Shown: positions 27,780-37,413, counted from the first letter of the whole stretch. The stretch: 61,764 nt of DNA, filler included, from Actinomycetota bacterium (GCA_025963875.1; 7 parts of 7 records of this genome joined end to end with filler, not necessarily neighbours in it); one strand, 5' to 3'. Numbers and translations: made by a program. Notes: generated by a model from the sequence alone, not told the origin.

Positions 27780-28202
27780 CTAGTCGTCGGCGGTATTGGC
27801 GTCCCAGCCGACCCAGTCCTCCACGTCGAGGCGGATCACCGGGCCCTGGAGCGGGGTGGACTGGTACTGCGGGTACTTGTCCCGCAGCGCCGCACGGGCA
27901 CGGTCGGTTTCCGCGCCCTCCGGCAGGGCGTGCGCCCGGCCCCTCGCCTGGAGCCAGGCCAGCCGGCTCCAGTCCTCGTCCCACCGGTCCACGGTGAAGC
28001 AGACCTTCGGCTCGCCGCCGATGTCCCGCAGGCGCTGGGGGAAGTCGGTCTTCTTCGGCTTGCCGTCGATGGCGGTCCAGATCATGTCGCCGGCCCACGT
28101 GAAGCACACCGGCAGTACCCTCGGGCTTCCCTGGGGGCCGACGGTTCCCAGATAGCCGCGGCGAGCGCGAAGCAGGGAGGCGAAGTTACCCGGAGGGGCC
28201 AT
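27780..28202 (-). CDS. PPOX-class putative F420-dependent oxidoreductase
   Basis: PRVLPVCF, TAIDGKPK, RLRDI, VDRWDEDWSRLAW, KYPQY. Confidence 0.85.
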   Translation of the reverse strand: MAPPGNFASLLRARRGYLGTVGPQGSPRVLPVCFTWAGDMIWTAIDGKPKKTDFPQRLRDIGGEPKVCFTVDRWDEDWSRLAWLQARGRAHALPEGAETDRARAALRDKYPQYQSTPLQGPVIRLDVEDWVGWDANTADD

Positions 28203-28289
28203 CAGCGGGGATTATATGAGAGGCGCCCGGGCCCCCGTTGGCTTTCCCGCCGGGACCTGCGGGCGTTCTTCAGGACTCGCGCAGGCGGC

Positions 28290-28517
28290 TCAGCCTCCGA
28301 AGCCGACGGTCCGGGACCGTTCCGCCTCGATCTCCAGGTACGCGATCCGGTTGGCCGACACGGCGATCTGCTTGCCCTTGCTGTCGGTGAGCCATACCAG
28401 CCCGGAACCCTCCTCCAGCGCCGTGTTGACCTTGTCCACGAGCTCCTTGGACTCCTCCTCGAGCTCGAGGATGAGCTCCTTCGGGCTCTCGATGATGCCG
28501 ATGCGAACCTCGATCAC
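28290..28517 (-). CDS. DUF3107 family protein
   Basis: MIEVRIGIIESPKEL...WLTDSKGK...IAYLEI...VGFG; RBS AAGGAGG. Confidence 0.88.
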   Translation of the reverse strand: MIEVRIGIIESPKELILELEEESKELVDKVNTALEEGSGLVWLTDSKGKQIAVSANRIAYLEIEAERSRTVGFGG

Positions 28518-28640
28518 TCGTTCCTCCTTGGCTTCGTGTGTGTCGTCTATGGTGGTTCGGGTAACGGCTCTCATGCGCACCCTCTTGCGGGGCCATGCTG
28601 GGGGTCTGCATGCTGGGGGCCTGAGAGTAGGATAGGGGAG

Positions 28641-29336
28641 ATGGCCTACGAAGAACACGTCGACCCCCCCGACGACTTCGACGGTGACTCGGAGGAGATC
28701 GACGCCGAGGAGCGGGAAGCTCTTCAGCAAGACCTCATCGATGTCAACACCCTCAAGTCGGTTCTTGCCTCGCGGGGCATCAAGGGTGTCGTCGTCTACT
28801 GCCCGGACTGCGAGGACGACCACTTCCTCGGCTGGGACCTGCTTGCCGACAACCTCCGCCAGATCCTGGAGTCCGGTGAGCCGCCGGTGCACGAGCCTGC
28901 CTGGGAGCCCGACCCCGATGAGTACGTCACCTGGGATTACGCCCTCGGCTTCCTCGATGGCTACGAGGCCTTCTCCGAGGACCGCACGGGCGAAGATTCC
29001 TGCGCCTGGTGCGGCAACCGCCTGCCGGACGGCGGCTACGTCTGGTCCTACTGCCCCACCTGCGGACGGCACCTCGGTCCGATCAACCTGACCCTCGAGC
29101 TCCGCCGACAGGGCTGGTCCGACTCCCGGATCGGCGAACTGCTGGAACGGTCCGGCTTCGAACGGCCCGTGTTCGAGCCCGAGTCGGAACCGGACGCGCA
29201 ACTGGCGGCCAAGGACGGGTCCAGCGGTCCGAAGGCGGCCGATGGCAACGGGAGCGAACACGGTGATGACGGCGATGGGGGCGATGACGGCGACCCGCCC
29301 GGAAACGCCACACCGGACGGCCCGAAGGGCTCATAA
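28641..29336 (+). CDS. DUF5319 family protein with an extra zinc ribbon
   Basis: GIKGVVVYCPDCEDDH, HEPAWEPDPDEYVTWDYALG, CAWC...CPTC. Confidence 0.82.
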   Translation: MAYEEHVDPPDDFDGDSEEIDAEEREALQQDLIDVNTLKSVLASRGIKGVVVYCPDCEDDHFLGWDLLADNLRQILESGEPPVHEPAWEPDPDEYVTWDYALGFLDGYEAFSEDRTGEDSCAWCGNRLPDGGYVWSYCPTCGRHLGPINLTLELRRQGWSDSRIGELLERSGFERPVFEPESEPDAQLAAKDGSSGPKAADGNGSEHGDDGDGGDDGDPPGNATPDGPKGS

Positions 29337-29448
29337 ATCGCGGACCGGCCTCAAGGTCGTCCCCCAAAAGGCCGATTAAGGGACTAGCCGTATCATGTTG
29401 GCAGCCCCCTGAAGCTTTTGGGCGCCATTTCGGCAGCCCTTCGAGCGA

Positions 29449-31263
29449 TTGGAATTGCTCGTGCCCTGGAAAAACCGCCTCCGGATCTGGCTTCCCCGTA
29501 TCCTCGTCCTGAGCCTTATCGCTCTCGTCGGGCTGAACTACTTCTTCACCCACTACATCTGCATCAACGCCGACGGGGTCCAGCGGGCGTGTGGCACGGG
29601 CGACGCCATCAAGAAGCTGGGCTCGGTCCTCAACGGTTCGACCAAGAGCCCGCTGTTCATCGCGATCATCCTTCTCGGTGCCATCCTGATGGAGATGGGC
29701 TCGATGCTCTGGCTCATGGCCAGGGGACGGTCCTACACCATCTACCCCCACGAGTACGACGTCGGCTTCGACGACGTCCGGGGCCAGCGGCCCGTCGTCG
29801 ACTCGGTGAAGGAAGTGGTGAAGCTCTTCCGGGGCTTCAAAGAGTTCAAGAGGATCGGTGGCTTCCCACCCCATGGCATCCTCTTCGAGGGTCCGCCCGG
29901 CACCGGCAAGACCCTGCTGGGCAAAGCGGTGGCCGGCGAGGTTGGCGTCCCGTTCATCTACACCTCGGCAACCGGCTTCGCCAACATGTTCATGGGCGTG
30001 GGCAACCTCCGGGTGATGGCCCTGTTCCGTCGTGCCAAGAAGTTCTGCCGGAAGTACGACGGCGCGGTGATTTTCATCGACGAGATCGACGCCATCGGCT
30101 CCCGGGGCGGCGGCTCGCCGAGCGCCGCCACCGAAGGTGCGGGCCTCATGGGGCGTATCGAGCGCTTCGTCTCCCCCGGAGGCGGTCTGGGGGCGGGCAT
30201 CGTCAACGAACTCCTGGTGCAGATGGATGGCATGGTGCAGCCCAAGGGGCTGTCACGCCATTTCCGCCGCCTGCTGCACATGAAGCCCCACGTCCCCTCC
30301 TACAACATCCTGGTCATGGCCGCGACCAACCGGGCGCAGGTGCTCGACCCGGCCCTGCTGCGCCCCGGCCGCTTCGACCGCAAGATCCACGTGGGCCTGC
30401 CCGACAAGGAGGGCCGCACCGACGTCATCAGCTACTACCTGGCCAAGGTCGCCCACAAGCCGCTCGACATCGAGAAGTTCGCCCAGGTCACCATCGGCTA
30501 CTCGCCGGCCCGCATCAAGAACATCATCAACGAGGCCCTCATCGTGGCCCTGCAGGACGGCCGCGAGGCCCTCACCTGGGAGGACATCTGGCAGGCCAAG
30601 CTCATCGACGAGATCGGCCTCAAGCAGCCCGTCAAGTACACGGACAAGGAAAAGGTGATGACCGCCGTGCACGAGGCCGGCCACGCGGTGACGGGCCACG
30701 AGCTGCGCTCCGAGGATGCGAGGATCCAGGTCATCACCATCATCAAGCGCCAGGAGGCGCTGGGCCTGGTGAGCTCGATGGAGCGGGAGGAGCGCTACAG
30801 CAGCACCAAGGAGGACCTGCTCGACATCATCAGGGTGAAGATGGCGGGCATGGTGGCGGAGGAGATCTGGTTCGGGACCTCGACGAGCGGCGTCGGCGGC
30901 GACCTCCAGCAGGCCACGATGCTGGCGCTCCAGTACGTCGGCCAGTTCGGCATGGGCAAGCACCTGCTCTCCTACAGCGTGATCCCGACCAACGCCGCCG
31001 GGGGCGAGCAGACCATCGCCTTCATGCTGTCTCGGGACGAGATCCGGGAGGAGGTCGATACCCTTCTCAGGCAGTGCAAGGCGGAGGTGACGGAGATCCT
31101 CAAGAAGCGTCGCTTCGCCGTGGAACGGATCCGCGACGAGCTGCTGGAGCGGGAGGAGCTGGTCGGTGATCAGCTCGACGCCCTCATGAGCGAGATCTTC
31201 GACGAGGGCGTCGCCGCCCGGACCGCCACGCCGATCGATCTGCCGCCCGCACCCCCTGCCTGA
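29449..31263 (+). CDS. FtsH-like AAA+ zinc metalloprotease (M41)
   Basis: Two N-terminal TMs, GPPGTGKT, IFIDEID, ATNR..LDPALLRPGRFDR, HEAGH. Confidence 0.9.
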   Translation: MELLVPWKNRLRIWLPRILVLSLIALVGLNYFFTHYICINADGVQRACGTGDAIKKLGSVLNGSTKSPLFIAIILLGAILMEMGSMLWLMARGRSYTIYPHEYDVGFDDVRGQRPVVDSVKEVVKLFRGFKEFKRIGGFPPHGILFEGPPGTGKTLLGKAVAGEVGVPFIYTSATGFANMFMGVGNLRVMALFRRAKKFCRKYDGAVIFIDEIDAIGSRGGGSPSAATEGAGLMGRIERFVSPGGGLGAGIVNELLVQMDGMVQPKGLSRHFRRLLHMKPHVPSYNILVMAATNRAQVLDPALLRPGRFDRKIHVGLPDKEGRTDVISYYLAKVAHKPLDIEKFAQVTIGYSPARIKNIINEALIVALQDGREALTWEDIWQAKLIDEIGLKQPVKYTDKEKVMTAVHEAGHAVTGHELRSEDARIQVITIIKRQEALGLVSSMEREERYSSTKEDLLDIIRVKMAGMVAEEIWFGTSTSGVGGDLQQATMLALQYVGQFGMGKHLLSYSVIPTNAAGGEQTIAFMLSRDEIREEVDTLLRQCKAEVTEILKKRRFAVERIRDELLEREELVGDQLDALMSEIFDEGVAARTATPIDLPPAPPA

Positions 31264-31346
31264 CGTTTTGGTGGTAGACCGGGTATAGATCAGGAAAGAA
31301 TTCACAGTTCCGTCGAGGACTGCATGCCTCAGGAAGGGAGGGACGC

Positions 31347-31748
31347 ATGGACCGCAAGCTGCGCACTGAGGTGCGCGAGACGCAGAAGAAGGTGAAGGAA
31401 GCGGCACTCAGCCTTCAGAAGGCCGCGGACAAGGCGGCGAAGATCGCCAAGGCGACGAAGGACGAGATCCGCCGCTCCAAGGAGGTCAAGGAGGTCAGCG
31501 TCAAGGCGGGCGAGGCGCTGAAGGCCATCGGTGCCGCCGCCAAGGTCGCCTCCACGGCGGTCGCTGCGGGTGCCGCCGGGCTCGGTTCCACCCGGGAGGT
31601 CAAGAAGGCCAAGGGCACGGCGGCAGGTGCTGCCCGCTCTGCCGCCGAGGTGGCCAAGTCCGCCACGAAGGCGGCGGGGGAGACCGTCCGGACCACGGCA
31701 AGCCGCAAGGCAGCAGAGGTGAAGGAGAAGGTCACCCACAAGTCGTAA
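31347..31748 (+). CDS. Lys/Ala-rich basic low-complexity protein
   Basis: RBS GGAGG; K/A-rich helical sequence. Confidence 0.65.
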   Translation: MDRKLRTEVRETQKKVKEAALSLQKAADKAAKIAKATKDEIRRSKEVKEVSVKAGEALKAIGAAAKVASTAVAAGAAGLGSTREVKKAKGTAAGAARSAAEVAKSATKAAGETVRTTASRKAAEVKEKVTHKS

Positions 31749-31800
31749 AAGACCGCTTCGCTCAGGCGTCCTTCGAGGGGGCCTGGTTTGGGTACGCATC

Positions 31801-31830
31801 TTGACGGTGCCAGGACGCCAGGCGTATGAT
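31801..31830 (+). promoter_or_regulatory. Near-consensus sigma-A promoter with no downstream CDS
   Basis: TTGACG-18 nt-TATGAT. Confidence 0.65.
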
Positions 31831-31834
31831 TCAC

Positions 31835-31887
31835 GTGCTCCGAGAGGCAGGCGGGCTTCGGCCCGGAAGGCCACTCGGGGCACTTTC
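31835..31887 (+). ncRNA. Candidate small RNA (may extend to the terminator at 32001)
   Basis: Hairpin GTGCTCCGAG...CGGGC-TTCG-GCCCG...CTCGGGGCAC begins at the expected transcription start. Confidence 0.45.
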
Positions 31888-31974
31888 ATGCCCGGGGTCC
31901 CGGGGTCCCGGGGGGATAGTCGCCTTTCGCGCGTCGGCGCGCGCTGCGCTCCCAACGTCGGTCCGCACTCAAAA

Positions 31975-32001
31975 CAAAAGGGGCCGAGTTGGCCCCTTTT
32001 G
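31975..32001. terminator. Bidirectional intrinsic terminator
   Basis: CAAAAGGGGCC-GAGTT-GGCCCCTTTTG. Confidence 0.8.
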
Positions 32002-32019
32002 CTTGCTTCGTTGCGGTAG

Positions 32020-32400
32020 CTACTGGGTGCGGCTGGCGACGTCCTCTGAAGGCTCGGCGACCCGGGGCATCCCGGCGAAGAACTGGTCGGCCAGCTCCGC
32101 CTGCGGGAACTCGGTCCCGTCGAGGGCCGCGAGCACGTCCAGGATCTCGTCCCAGAGCAGCGGGGGCCCGGAACGGCGCTCGAGCAGCTCGAACGGCACC
32201 AGGCCTGCGATGCCGGCGGCACCGGCGGCCTTGATGATCCTCACGCCTTCGCCGGTCGTCTTCGCGTAGACCACGCGGTGGCACACCGGGCAGTTGATCT
32301 CGCAGAGGGCCTCGTCAGACCGCGGGGCTGCCTCGCACCTGACATCTGCTGGGCGCAACGTGACCATCCCACACCACGGACATTCAGCCTGAACTTCCAA
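32020..32400 (-). CDS. Small CxxC/CxxC zinc-finger hypothetical protein
   Basis: CPWCG...CPVC...GPPLLWDEILD; RBS GGGGAG. Confidence 0.7.
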   Translation of the reverse strand: MEVQAECPWCGMVTLRPADVRCEAAPRSDEALCEINCPVCHRVVYAKTTGEGVRIIKAAGAAGIAGLVPFELLERRSGPPLLWDEILDVLAALDGTEFPQAELADQFFAGMPRVAEPSEDVASRTQ

Positions 32401-32622
32401 CGGACTCCCCCCTTTTCAACTGTCCAGCTTCAACTGTCCAGCTGCTCAAAGATCCCCGTCCCGCTTCCCCAAACCCCCCGGCGGGACTACGAAGACCTGC
32501 GTAGAAGTTGTATCGGCCTAACCCATCCGCAGGTGCAGGGGTGCCAGCATGCGTCTTTCGGGGGGATGCCAGCATCACCACGGATTGCCCCATCCGGGGG
32601 ATGCGTCAGGGTTGATTGTGAG

Positions 32623-33675
32623 CTATGGGGTGGTTGACGTGGAGGTCGGCGTCGGGGTGGAGGTGGTCGGCGTGGGCATCGGCGTCGGGCAGGGAAGGCC
32701 CAGCAGCGCGTTCAGGCAGCCCGCCGGCGCGCTGGACGATGGGGTTGGTGCCGGCGACGTCCCCGGCGACGTCGTTGGGTTGGCCGCCGGCGGGGCGGTC
32801 GTCGATGTCGACGTCTCGGGGGCAGGGGCCGGGTTGGGGCCGTTGGGCCCGCCGTAGACATAGACCAGCGCCCCGGGCGGAGCCGCCTGGTCGTAGAACC
32901 AGTCGGCAAACTCCATGGGCAACCGGACGCAGCCGTGGGACGCCGGGTAGGTCGGCACGTCGTAGTAGCCGTGGAAGGCGATGCCGCCGTTGAAGAAGGA
33001 CGGCTTGTAGAGGTGGCCGAGCGGCGCATCGTGCCAGCCGGGGATCTTCCAGTAGACGTTGTAGGACCCGTTCGGGGTGAAGGCCCGCTGGGTCACCCCC
33101 TGCGAGGTGAACTTCTGTCCCGACCCCGTGGAGGTCGTGAGCGTGTTGGCGACCTTCCCGCCGCGCACGACGTAGACCACCTGCTTGCCGACGTCGACCT
33201 CGAGGTGGTCGGCGGGCGTCGAGTAGGCAGCGGTCGGGGACCCCGCCGATGCGAGTTTGTCGGTGGTGGGCGGGTCCGCCTCGCCGGACAGCTTCAAGCC
33301 GTTCACCTTCTGGAAGGCGATCATGGCGTCGCGGGTGCCGCCGCCGAACCTCCCGTCGACACCGGCGGTCATGTAGGTGATGGAGGTCAACTTCTGCTGG
33401 AGGGCCTGGACGTCGGGTCCCTGGGAGCCCGCGTGCATGTAGGGATCGGGCGGCGGAGGCGGCGGCCCGGGGGGCGCGGGTGCCGGGGTGGAGGTGGGCG
33501 AGACCGGGGACGACGGCGCCGGCGAGGACCCTGGCTCCCGCTGGCTGGTCTGGCCCAGCACCGACGAGGGGTGGCTCCGGTGGGCCTGGGTACCGCTGAC
33601 GCTGACAAAGGCGACGATCGCGATCGCGACGGCAGCGAGACCGATGCCACCAAGAGTGATCTGCCGCTTGCCCAC
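32623..33675 (-). CDS. L,D-transpeptidase with peptidoglycan-binding domain
   Basis: GSQGPDVQALQQKL...VDGRFG..TRDAMIAFQK, GIAFHG...ASHGCVRL. Confidence 0.92.
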   Translation of the reverse strand: MGKRQITLGGIGLAAVAIAIVAFVSVSGTQAHRSHPSSVLGQTSQREPGSSPAPSSPVSPTSTPAPAPPGPPPPPPDPYMHAGSQGPDVQALQQKLTSITYMTAGVDGRFGGGTRDAMIAFQKVNGLKLSGEADPPTTDKLASAGSPTAAYSTPADHLEVDVGKQVVYVVRGGKVANTLTTSTGSGQKFTSQGVTQRAFTPNGSYNVYWKIPGWHDAPLGHLYKPSFFNGGIAFHGYYDVPTYPASHGCVRLPMEFADWFYDQAAPPGALVYVYGGPNGPNPAPAPETSTSTTAPPAANPTTSPGTSPAPTPSSSAPAGCLNALLGLPCPTPMPTPTTSTPTPTSTSTTP

Positions 33676-33743
33676 GCGGGAAGTTTCCCCGACCTTGGTC
33701 CTTTTGTCACGGCGTAGCTTTTGACGGACGGTAGGATCGTCGG

Positions 33744-34448
33744 ATGCCATCCGTCGGCGACACCATCGAGGTTCTCGACCACGGCTTCGTGCGGCTCGAC
33801 GCCGCCGAGGCCACGGATCTCTCCGTGGTGAACGGGGCACGGGTCTCTTTCCTGCAGATGAAGCAGGGCCCCGACGCAGAGGTGGACGCCAAGGACGAGG
33901 GCCTCATCCGCTTCCTCATGCGGGAGGGACATGCGTCGCCGTTCGAGCACAACCTTTTCCGCTTCCACGTCCGGTGCCCCATCGCCGTGGCCCGCGAGTG
34001 GATGCGGCACCGGTGGAGCAGCTTCAACGAGCACAGCCTCCGCTACTCCGCTGCCATCGACGACTTCTATATCCCGTCGGCTGGGCAGGTGCGCACGCAA
34101 GTGGGCAAGCCGGGCGCCTATCGCTTCGAGCCGGTCGATCCCGAGACCGCCACCCGGGCGCAGGACCTCCTCGGCAAGCACTACCAGGAGGCCTGGAACC
34201 GCTACCAGGAGCTGCTCGAGATGGGGGTGGCCCGGGAGCTCGCCCGGCTCGTGCTCCCGGTGGGTATCTACACGGAGTTCTACTGGAGCGTGAACGCACG
34301 GGCGCTGATGAACTTCATCGCCCTGCGCAACGCCGACCAGGCGATGTGGGAGATCCGTCAGTACGCCGCCGCGGTGGAGGACTTCTTCGCCGCTGCGATG
34401 CCGGCCACCCACGCCGCCTTTGTCGAGTTCGGAAGGAGGGCGCCCTGA
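33744..34448 (+). CDS. thyX: FAD-dependent thymidylate synthase
   Basis: VLDHGFVRL, HASPFEH, RHRWSSFNEHSLRY, ELARLVLP, N.RALMNF..LR. Confidence 0.96.
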   Translation: MPSVGDTIEVLDHGFVRLDAAEATDLSVVNGARVSFLQMKQGPDAEVDAKDEGLIRFLMREGHASPFEHNLFRFHVRCPIAVAREWMRHRWSSFNEHSLRYSAAIDDFYIPSAGQVRTQVGKPGAYRFEPVDPETATRAQDLLGKHYQEAWNRYQELLEMGVARELARLVLPVGIYTEFYWSVNARALMNFIALRNADQAMWEIRQYAAAVEDFFAAAMPATHAAFVEFGRRAP

Positions 34449-34450
34449 GT

Positions 34451-35206
34451 ATGGATCTCAACGGGATCGAGGTGGGCAGCGCCCTGGTGGTGGTCGCCCA
34501 TCCCGACGACGGCGAGTTCGGCGCGGGCGGCACGATCGCCAGGATGGCCGCGGAGGGGGCCGAGGTGACCATCTGCGTCGTCTCCAATGGCGCCATGGGC
34601 TCCAACGACCCCGACGTTGCCCGGGACGTCCTCATCGCCACCAGGGAACGGGAGCAGCGGGCAGCCGCCGCAGCCGCAGGGGCGAAGGACGTGGTGTTCC
34701 TCGGCTACGAGGACGGCTATCTGGAGGACGGCAACTACATCCGCCGCGACATCATCCGCGAGATCCGCCGGCTGCGCCCCGACGTCGCCATCGGCCCCGA
34801 TCCCTCGACGTTCTTCGTCGACCAGCGCTACCTCAATCATCCCGACCACCGGGCGGTCGGGCTCGCCTTCAGTGCCGCGGTCAACCCCGGTGCGACGACC
34901 GTGCCCCTGTACCGGGCGGAGCTCTACGACCAGGGCTTCGGGCCCCATCCCCTCAAGGCTGCCCTCCTCATGACGGCCAGCAACCCCGACTGCTACGTCG
35001 ACATCAGCGCCCACATGGACACGAAGATCAGGGCACTCCAGGCCCACGTGTCCCAGCTCGGCGCGTACGGGGGTCTGGGGGACCGGGTGAGGGAGATGGC
35101 CAAGCTGACCGCGGAGAAGGGCGCGACGGGCACGGAGTACGCCGAGGCGTTCAAGGCCTTCTTCTTCGAGCAGAGGCCCTCGGCGCAGGGCGAAGTGAAG
35201 CCCTGA
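34451..35206 (+). CDS. PIG-L/LmbE family deacetylase
   Basis: VAHPDDGE, LGYEDG, NHPDH, AEAF. Confidence 0.9.
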   Translation: MDLNGIEVGSALVVVAHPDDGEFGAGGTIARMAAEGAEVTICVVSNGAMGSNDPDVARDVLIATREREQRAAAAAAGAKDVVFLGYEDGYLEDGNYIRRDIIREIRRLRPDVAIGPDPSTFFVDQRYLNHPDHRAVGLAFSAAVNPGATTVPLYRAELYDQGFGPHPLKAALLMTASNPDCYVDISAHMDTKIRALQAHVSQLGAYGGLGDRVREMAKLTAEKGATGTEYAEAFKAFFFEQRPSAQGEVKP

Positions 35207-35209
35207 CGC

Positions 35210-35533
35210 GTGCCTCGGCGCAGCCGGCGGGACGAAACCCCGCCCGGTTACTACCCCAGGGGGACCCCGACCTCGCGGCGCCGTGGCAATCGAGATCCCC
35301 CCACGGTGGAGCTGGCCGAGATCGCCGCCCGGATCGCCGGCCCGCCGGCGCTGGCCCGGGAAGGCTTCGAGGTCAGGACCACCACCGGTGACCGCCGCTA
35401 CCGGTGTCCCTACTGCCAGGGCTCGATCGAGCCGGGGACGGCGCACGTGGTGGCGTTTCCGTCCGGCCAGCCGGAGGAACGGCGTCACTACCACAGCGGC
35501 TGCTGGGTGAGAGCCCAGGGCTCCCTCCGCTGA
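35210..35533 (+). CDS. Small actinobacterial zinc-binding hypothetical protein
   Basis: YRCPYCQGSIEPGTAHVVAFP...RRHYHSGCW. Confidence 0.75.
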   Translation: MPRRSRRDETPPGYYPRGTPTSRRRGNRDPPTVELAEIAARIAGPPALAREGFEVRTTTGDRRYRCPYCQGSIEPGTAHVVAFPSGQPEERRHYHSGCWVRAQGSLR

Positions 35534-35642
35534 CGGTGGCTCTCCTGTTGCGGCTGGGGCTCTCCCCCCTCCTTGCGTGTTTCGTGCCGGGAGAAGGCCC
35601 GCCTCGAGCGGGCGGCCGTGCAGCCTCCGCCGGGTCCCCCTC

Positions 35643-36167
35643 TCAGGCAGCCTTGCGGGGCCGGGGCTGCGACCGGCGGCGGGCCGGCTGTGGCCGCCGG
35701 AGGCTCTTCTCCCCCCCGATCCGAAGCAACGTCCGGCCCGCCACCCGCGCCACCAGGTCGAGCAGCTTGAATGCGGGGGCGAATGCGGCAGCGACCATCA
35801 GGAAGCAGCCGGTGACGAGCAGCGGCGGGCCGGTCTTGGACGAGAGGCGGTCGATGCCCATCCAGGCAAGGAGCGCACCCGCCAGCACCGCCACGGACGT
35901 TGCGCCGACGCCGATCAAGAGCGTCGGGGGCACCCGCAGCGTGACCTTGCGGCGACGCCGCTCGACCAGGAGCCGGACGCTGACGGCATCCAGTGCGAGC
36001 AGCGCCACGAAGGGCAGCGCAAGGAAGCCGGGCATGACGCCGGACAGGAACACCACCATGGCAACGAAGCCGAGCACCAGCGGCGCGTAGACGAGCCACA
36101 GCCAGCGGTAGAAGACCCTCCGGTCGCGGATTGCCCGCTGTGTATCCGCTTGTGCGCTCTTCGTCAC
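35643..36167 (-). CDS. Membrane protein
   Basis: Four hydrophobic segments. Confidence 0.6.
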   Translation of the reverse strand: MTKSAQADTQRAIRDRRVFYRWLWLVYAPLVLGFVAMVVFLSGVMPGFLALPFVALLALDAVSVRLLVERRRRKVTLRVPPTLLIGVGATSVAVLAGALLAWMGIDRLSSKTGPPLLVTGCFLMVAAAFAPAFKLLDLVARVAGRTLLRIGGEKSLRRPQPARRRSQPRPRKAA

Positions 36168-36177
36168 GCGCGGAACT

Positions 36178-36645
36178 TTAACCCGGCGTCTTGTCCGGGA
36201 CCAAACTTTCGACCAAGGCCTTGAGCAGCCGGAGATCCCGGTTGAAGATCCAGGCCATCGCCGGCTTCACCACCACCATGCCCGCCCACCCGAGCCACCC
36301 GACGGGAGGTTCCAGGGTCTCCCGCCACCACAGGTACGTGCCGGCGGCCGTGCGGCGGGCGTGCATGAGGCCCCGGCCCCCCACCCAGCCCTTGTGCTCG
36401 ATCTGGAACCACTCGGGTGGCTCCCAGCGGCTCACGACCACCGTGTCCAGCGTGGTGATCCCGGCGATGCGGACCTTCGCCTGGGCAACGACGCCGACGC
36501 CTTCCCGCTGCGGCGTTGTGACCCGGAAGTCCCAGGCCTCCCTCATCCAGAGGCCGAGATTCTCCCAGTCCACCAGGCGCTCCCAGACGGCCTCCGGCGG
36601 CGCCGCGATGTCGATGGACATCTCGACGACCACCGGCGGGACCAT
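36178..36645 (-). CDS. SRPBCC family protein
   Basis: IDIAAPPEAVWERLVDWE, WEPP, DLRLLKALVE. Confidence 0.85.
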   Translation of the reverse strand: MVPPVVVEMSIDIAAPPEAVWERLVDWENLGLWMREAWDFRVTTPQREGVGVVAQAKVRIAGITTLDTVVVSRWEPPEWFQIEHKGWVGGRGLMHARRTAAGTYLWWRETLEPPVGWLGWAGMVVVKPAMAWIFNRDLRLLKALVESLVPDKTPG

Positions 36646-36685
36646 CGGCCCACCGTACCAGCGGGGCCCCGCTACCCTGGGGCGT

Positions 36686-37342
36686 ATGACCATGAGGGTG
36701 TTCGAGCGGCTCGTCGTGGGGGCGCTGCAGTGCAACTGTTACCTGGTCGGGGACCCTGTCACGCTCCAGGGCATCGTGATCGACCCCGGCGACGACCCCG
36801 ATGCCATCCTCGCGGCCGCCGAGCGCCACGGCCTGAGCCTGGTGGCCGCGGTGGCCACCCACGCCCACTTCGACCACATCCTGGCGGCCGATGCGATCCG
36901 CCAGAGGACGGGCATCCCGTTCTATCTCCACGCCCTCGACGTACCCATCCTGGCCCTCAACCAGGAGGCAGGCCGCCTGTTCCTCGGCACCGACCTGCCG
37001 CCGTCGCCCGAGGTCGACCGCACGTACGCCGAGGGCGACGAGCTCGTCGCCGGGTCGATGCGCCTGGGCGTGATCCATACGCCCGGCCACTCGCCGGGCA
37101 GTGTGAGCCTCGTGGCCCCCGACGAGGCCGTGTTCTCCGGCGACACGCTCTTCTACGCCTCCGTGGGCCGCACCGACCTGCCGGGCGGCGACACCGCCGA
37201 GGAGCTGGCGTCGATCCGGGAGCGGCTCTTCCCCCTGGGTGACCTGCCGGTGTTCCCCGGCCACGGCCCCCCGACGACCATCGGCCAGGAGCAGGTCTCA
37301 AACCCCTTCGTGGGCTCGGGCGGGGGCCTCTGGACCCCGTAG
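36686..37342 (+). CDS. MBL-fold metallohydrolase (glyoxalase II-like)
   Basis: THAHFDH, HTPGHSPGS, SGDTLF, GRTDLPGG, PGHG. Confidence 0.93.
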   Translation: MTMRVFERLVVGALQCNCYLVGDPVTLQGIVIDPGDDPDAILAAAERHGLSLVAAVATHAHFDHILAADAIRQRTGIPFYLHALDVPILALNQEAGRLFLGTDLPPSPEVDRTYAEGDELVAGSMRLGVIHTPGHSPGSVSLVAPDEAVFSGDTLFYASVGRTDLPGGDTAEELASIRERLFPLGDLPVFPGHGPPTTIGQEQVSNPFVGSGGGLWTP

Positions 37343-37368
37343 CTATCGCCGGTGGTCGCTGTGAGACT

Positions 37369-37413
37369 TCTGTGAGCAAAAAGTGGTGTTCTACGCCGTT
37401 TTATGCTCACAGA
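37369..37413. repeat. 45-bp palindromic repeat
   Basis: TCTGTGAGCA-AAAAGTGGTG-TTCTA-CGCCGTTTTA-TGCTCACAGA. Confidence 0.85.

Noticed and set aside
28595..28620. CATGCTGGGGG duplicated between divergent DUF3107 and DUF5319 genes
   Set aside because: Only two short copies and no other support; could be a local duplication.
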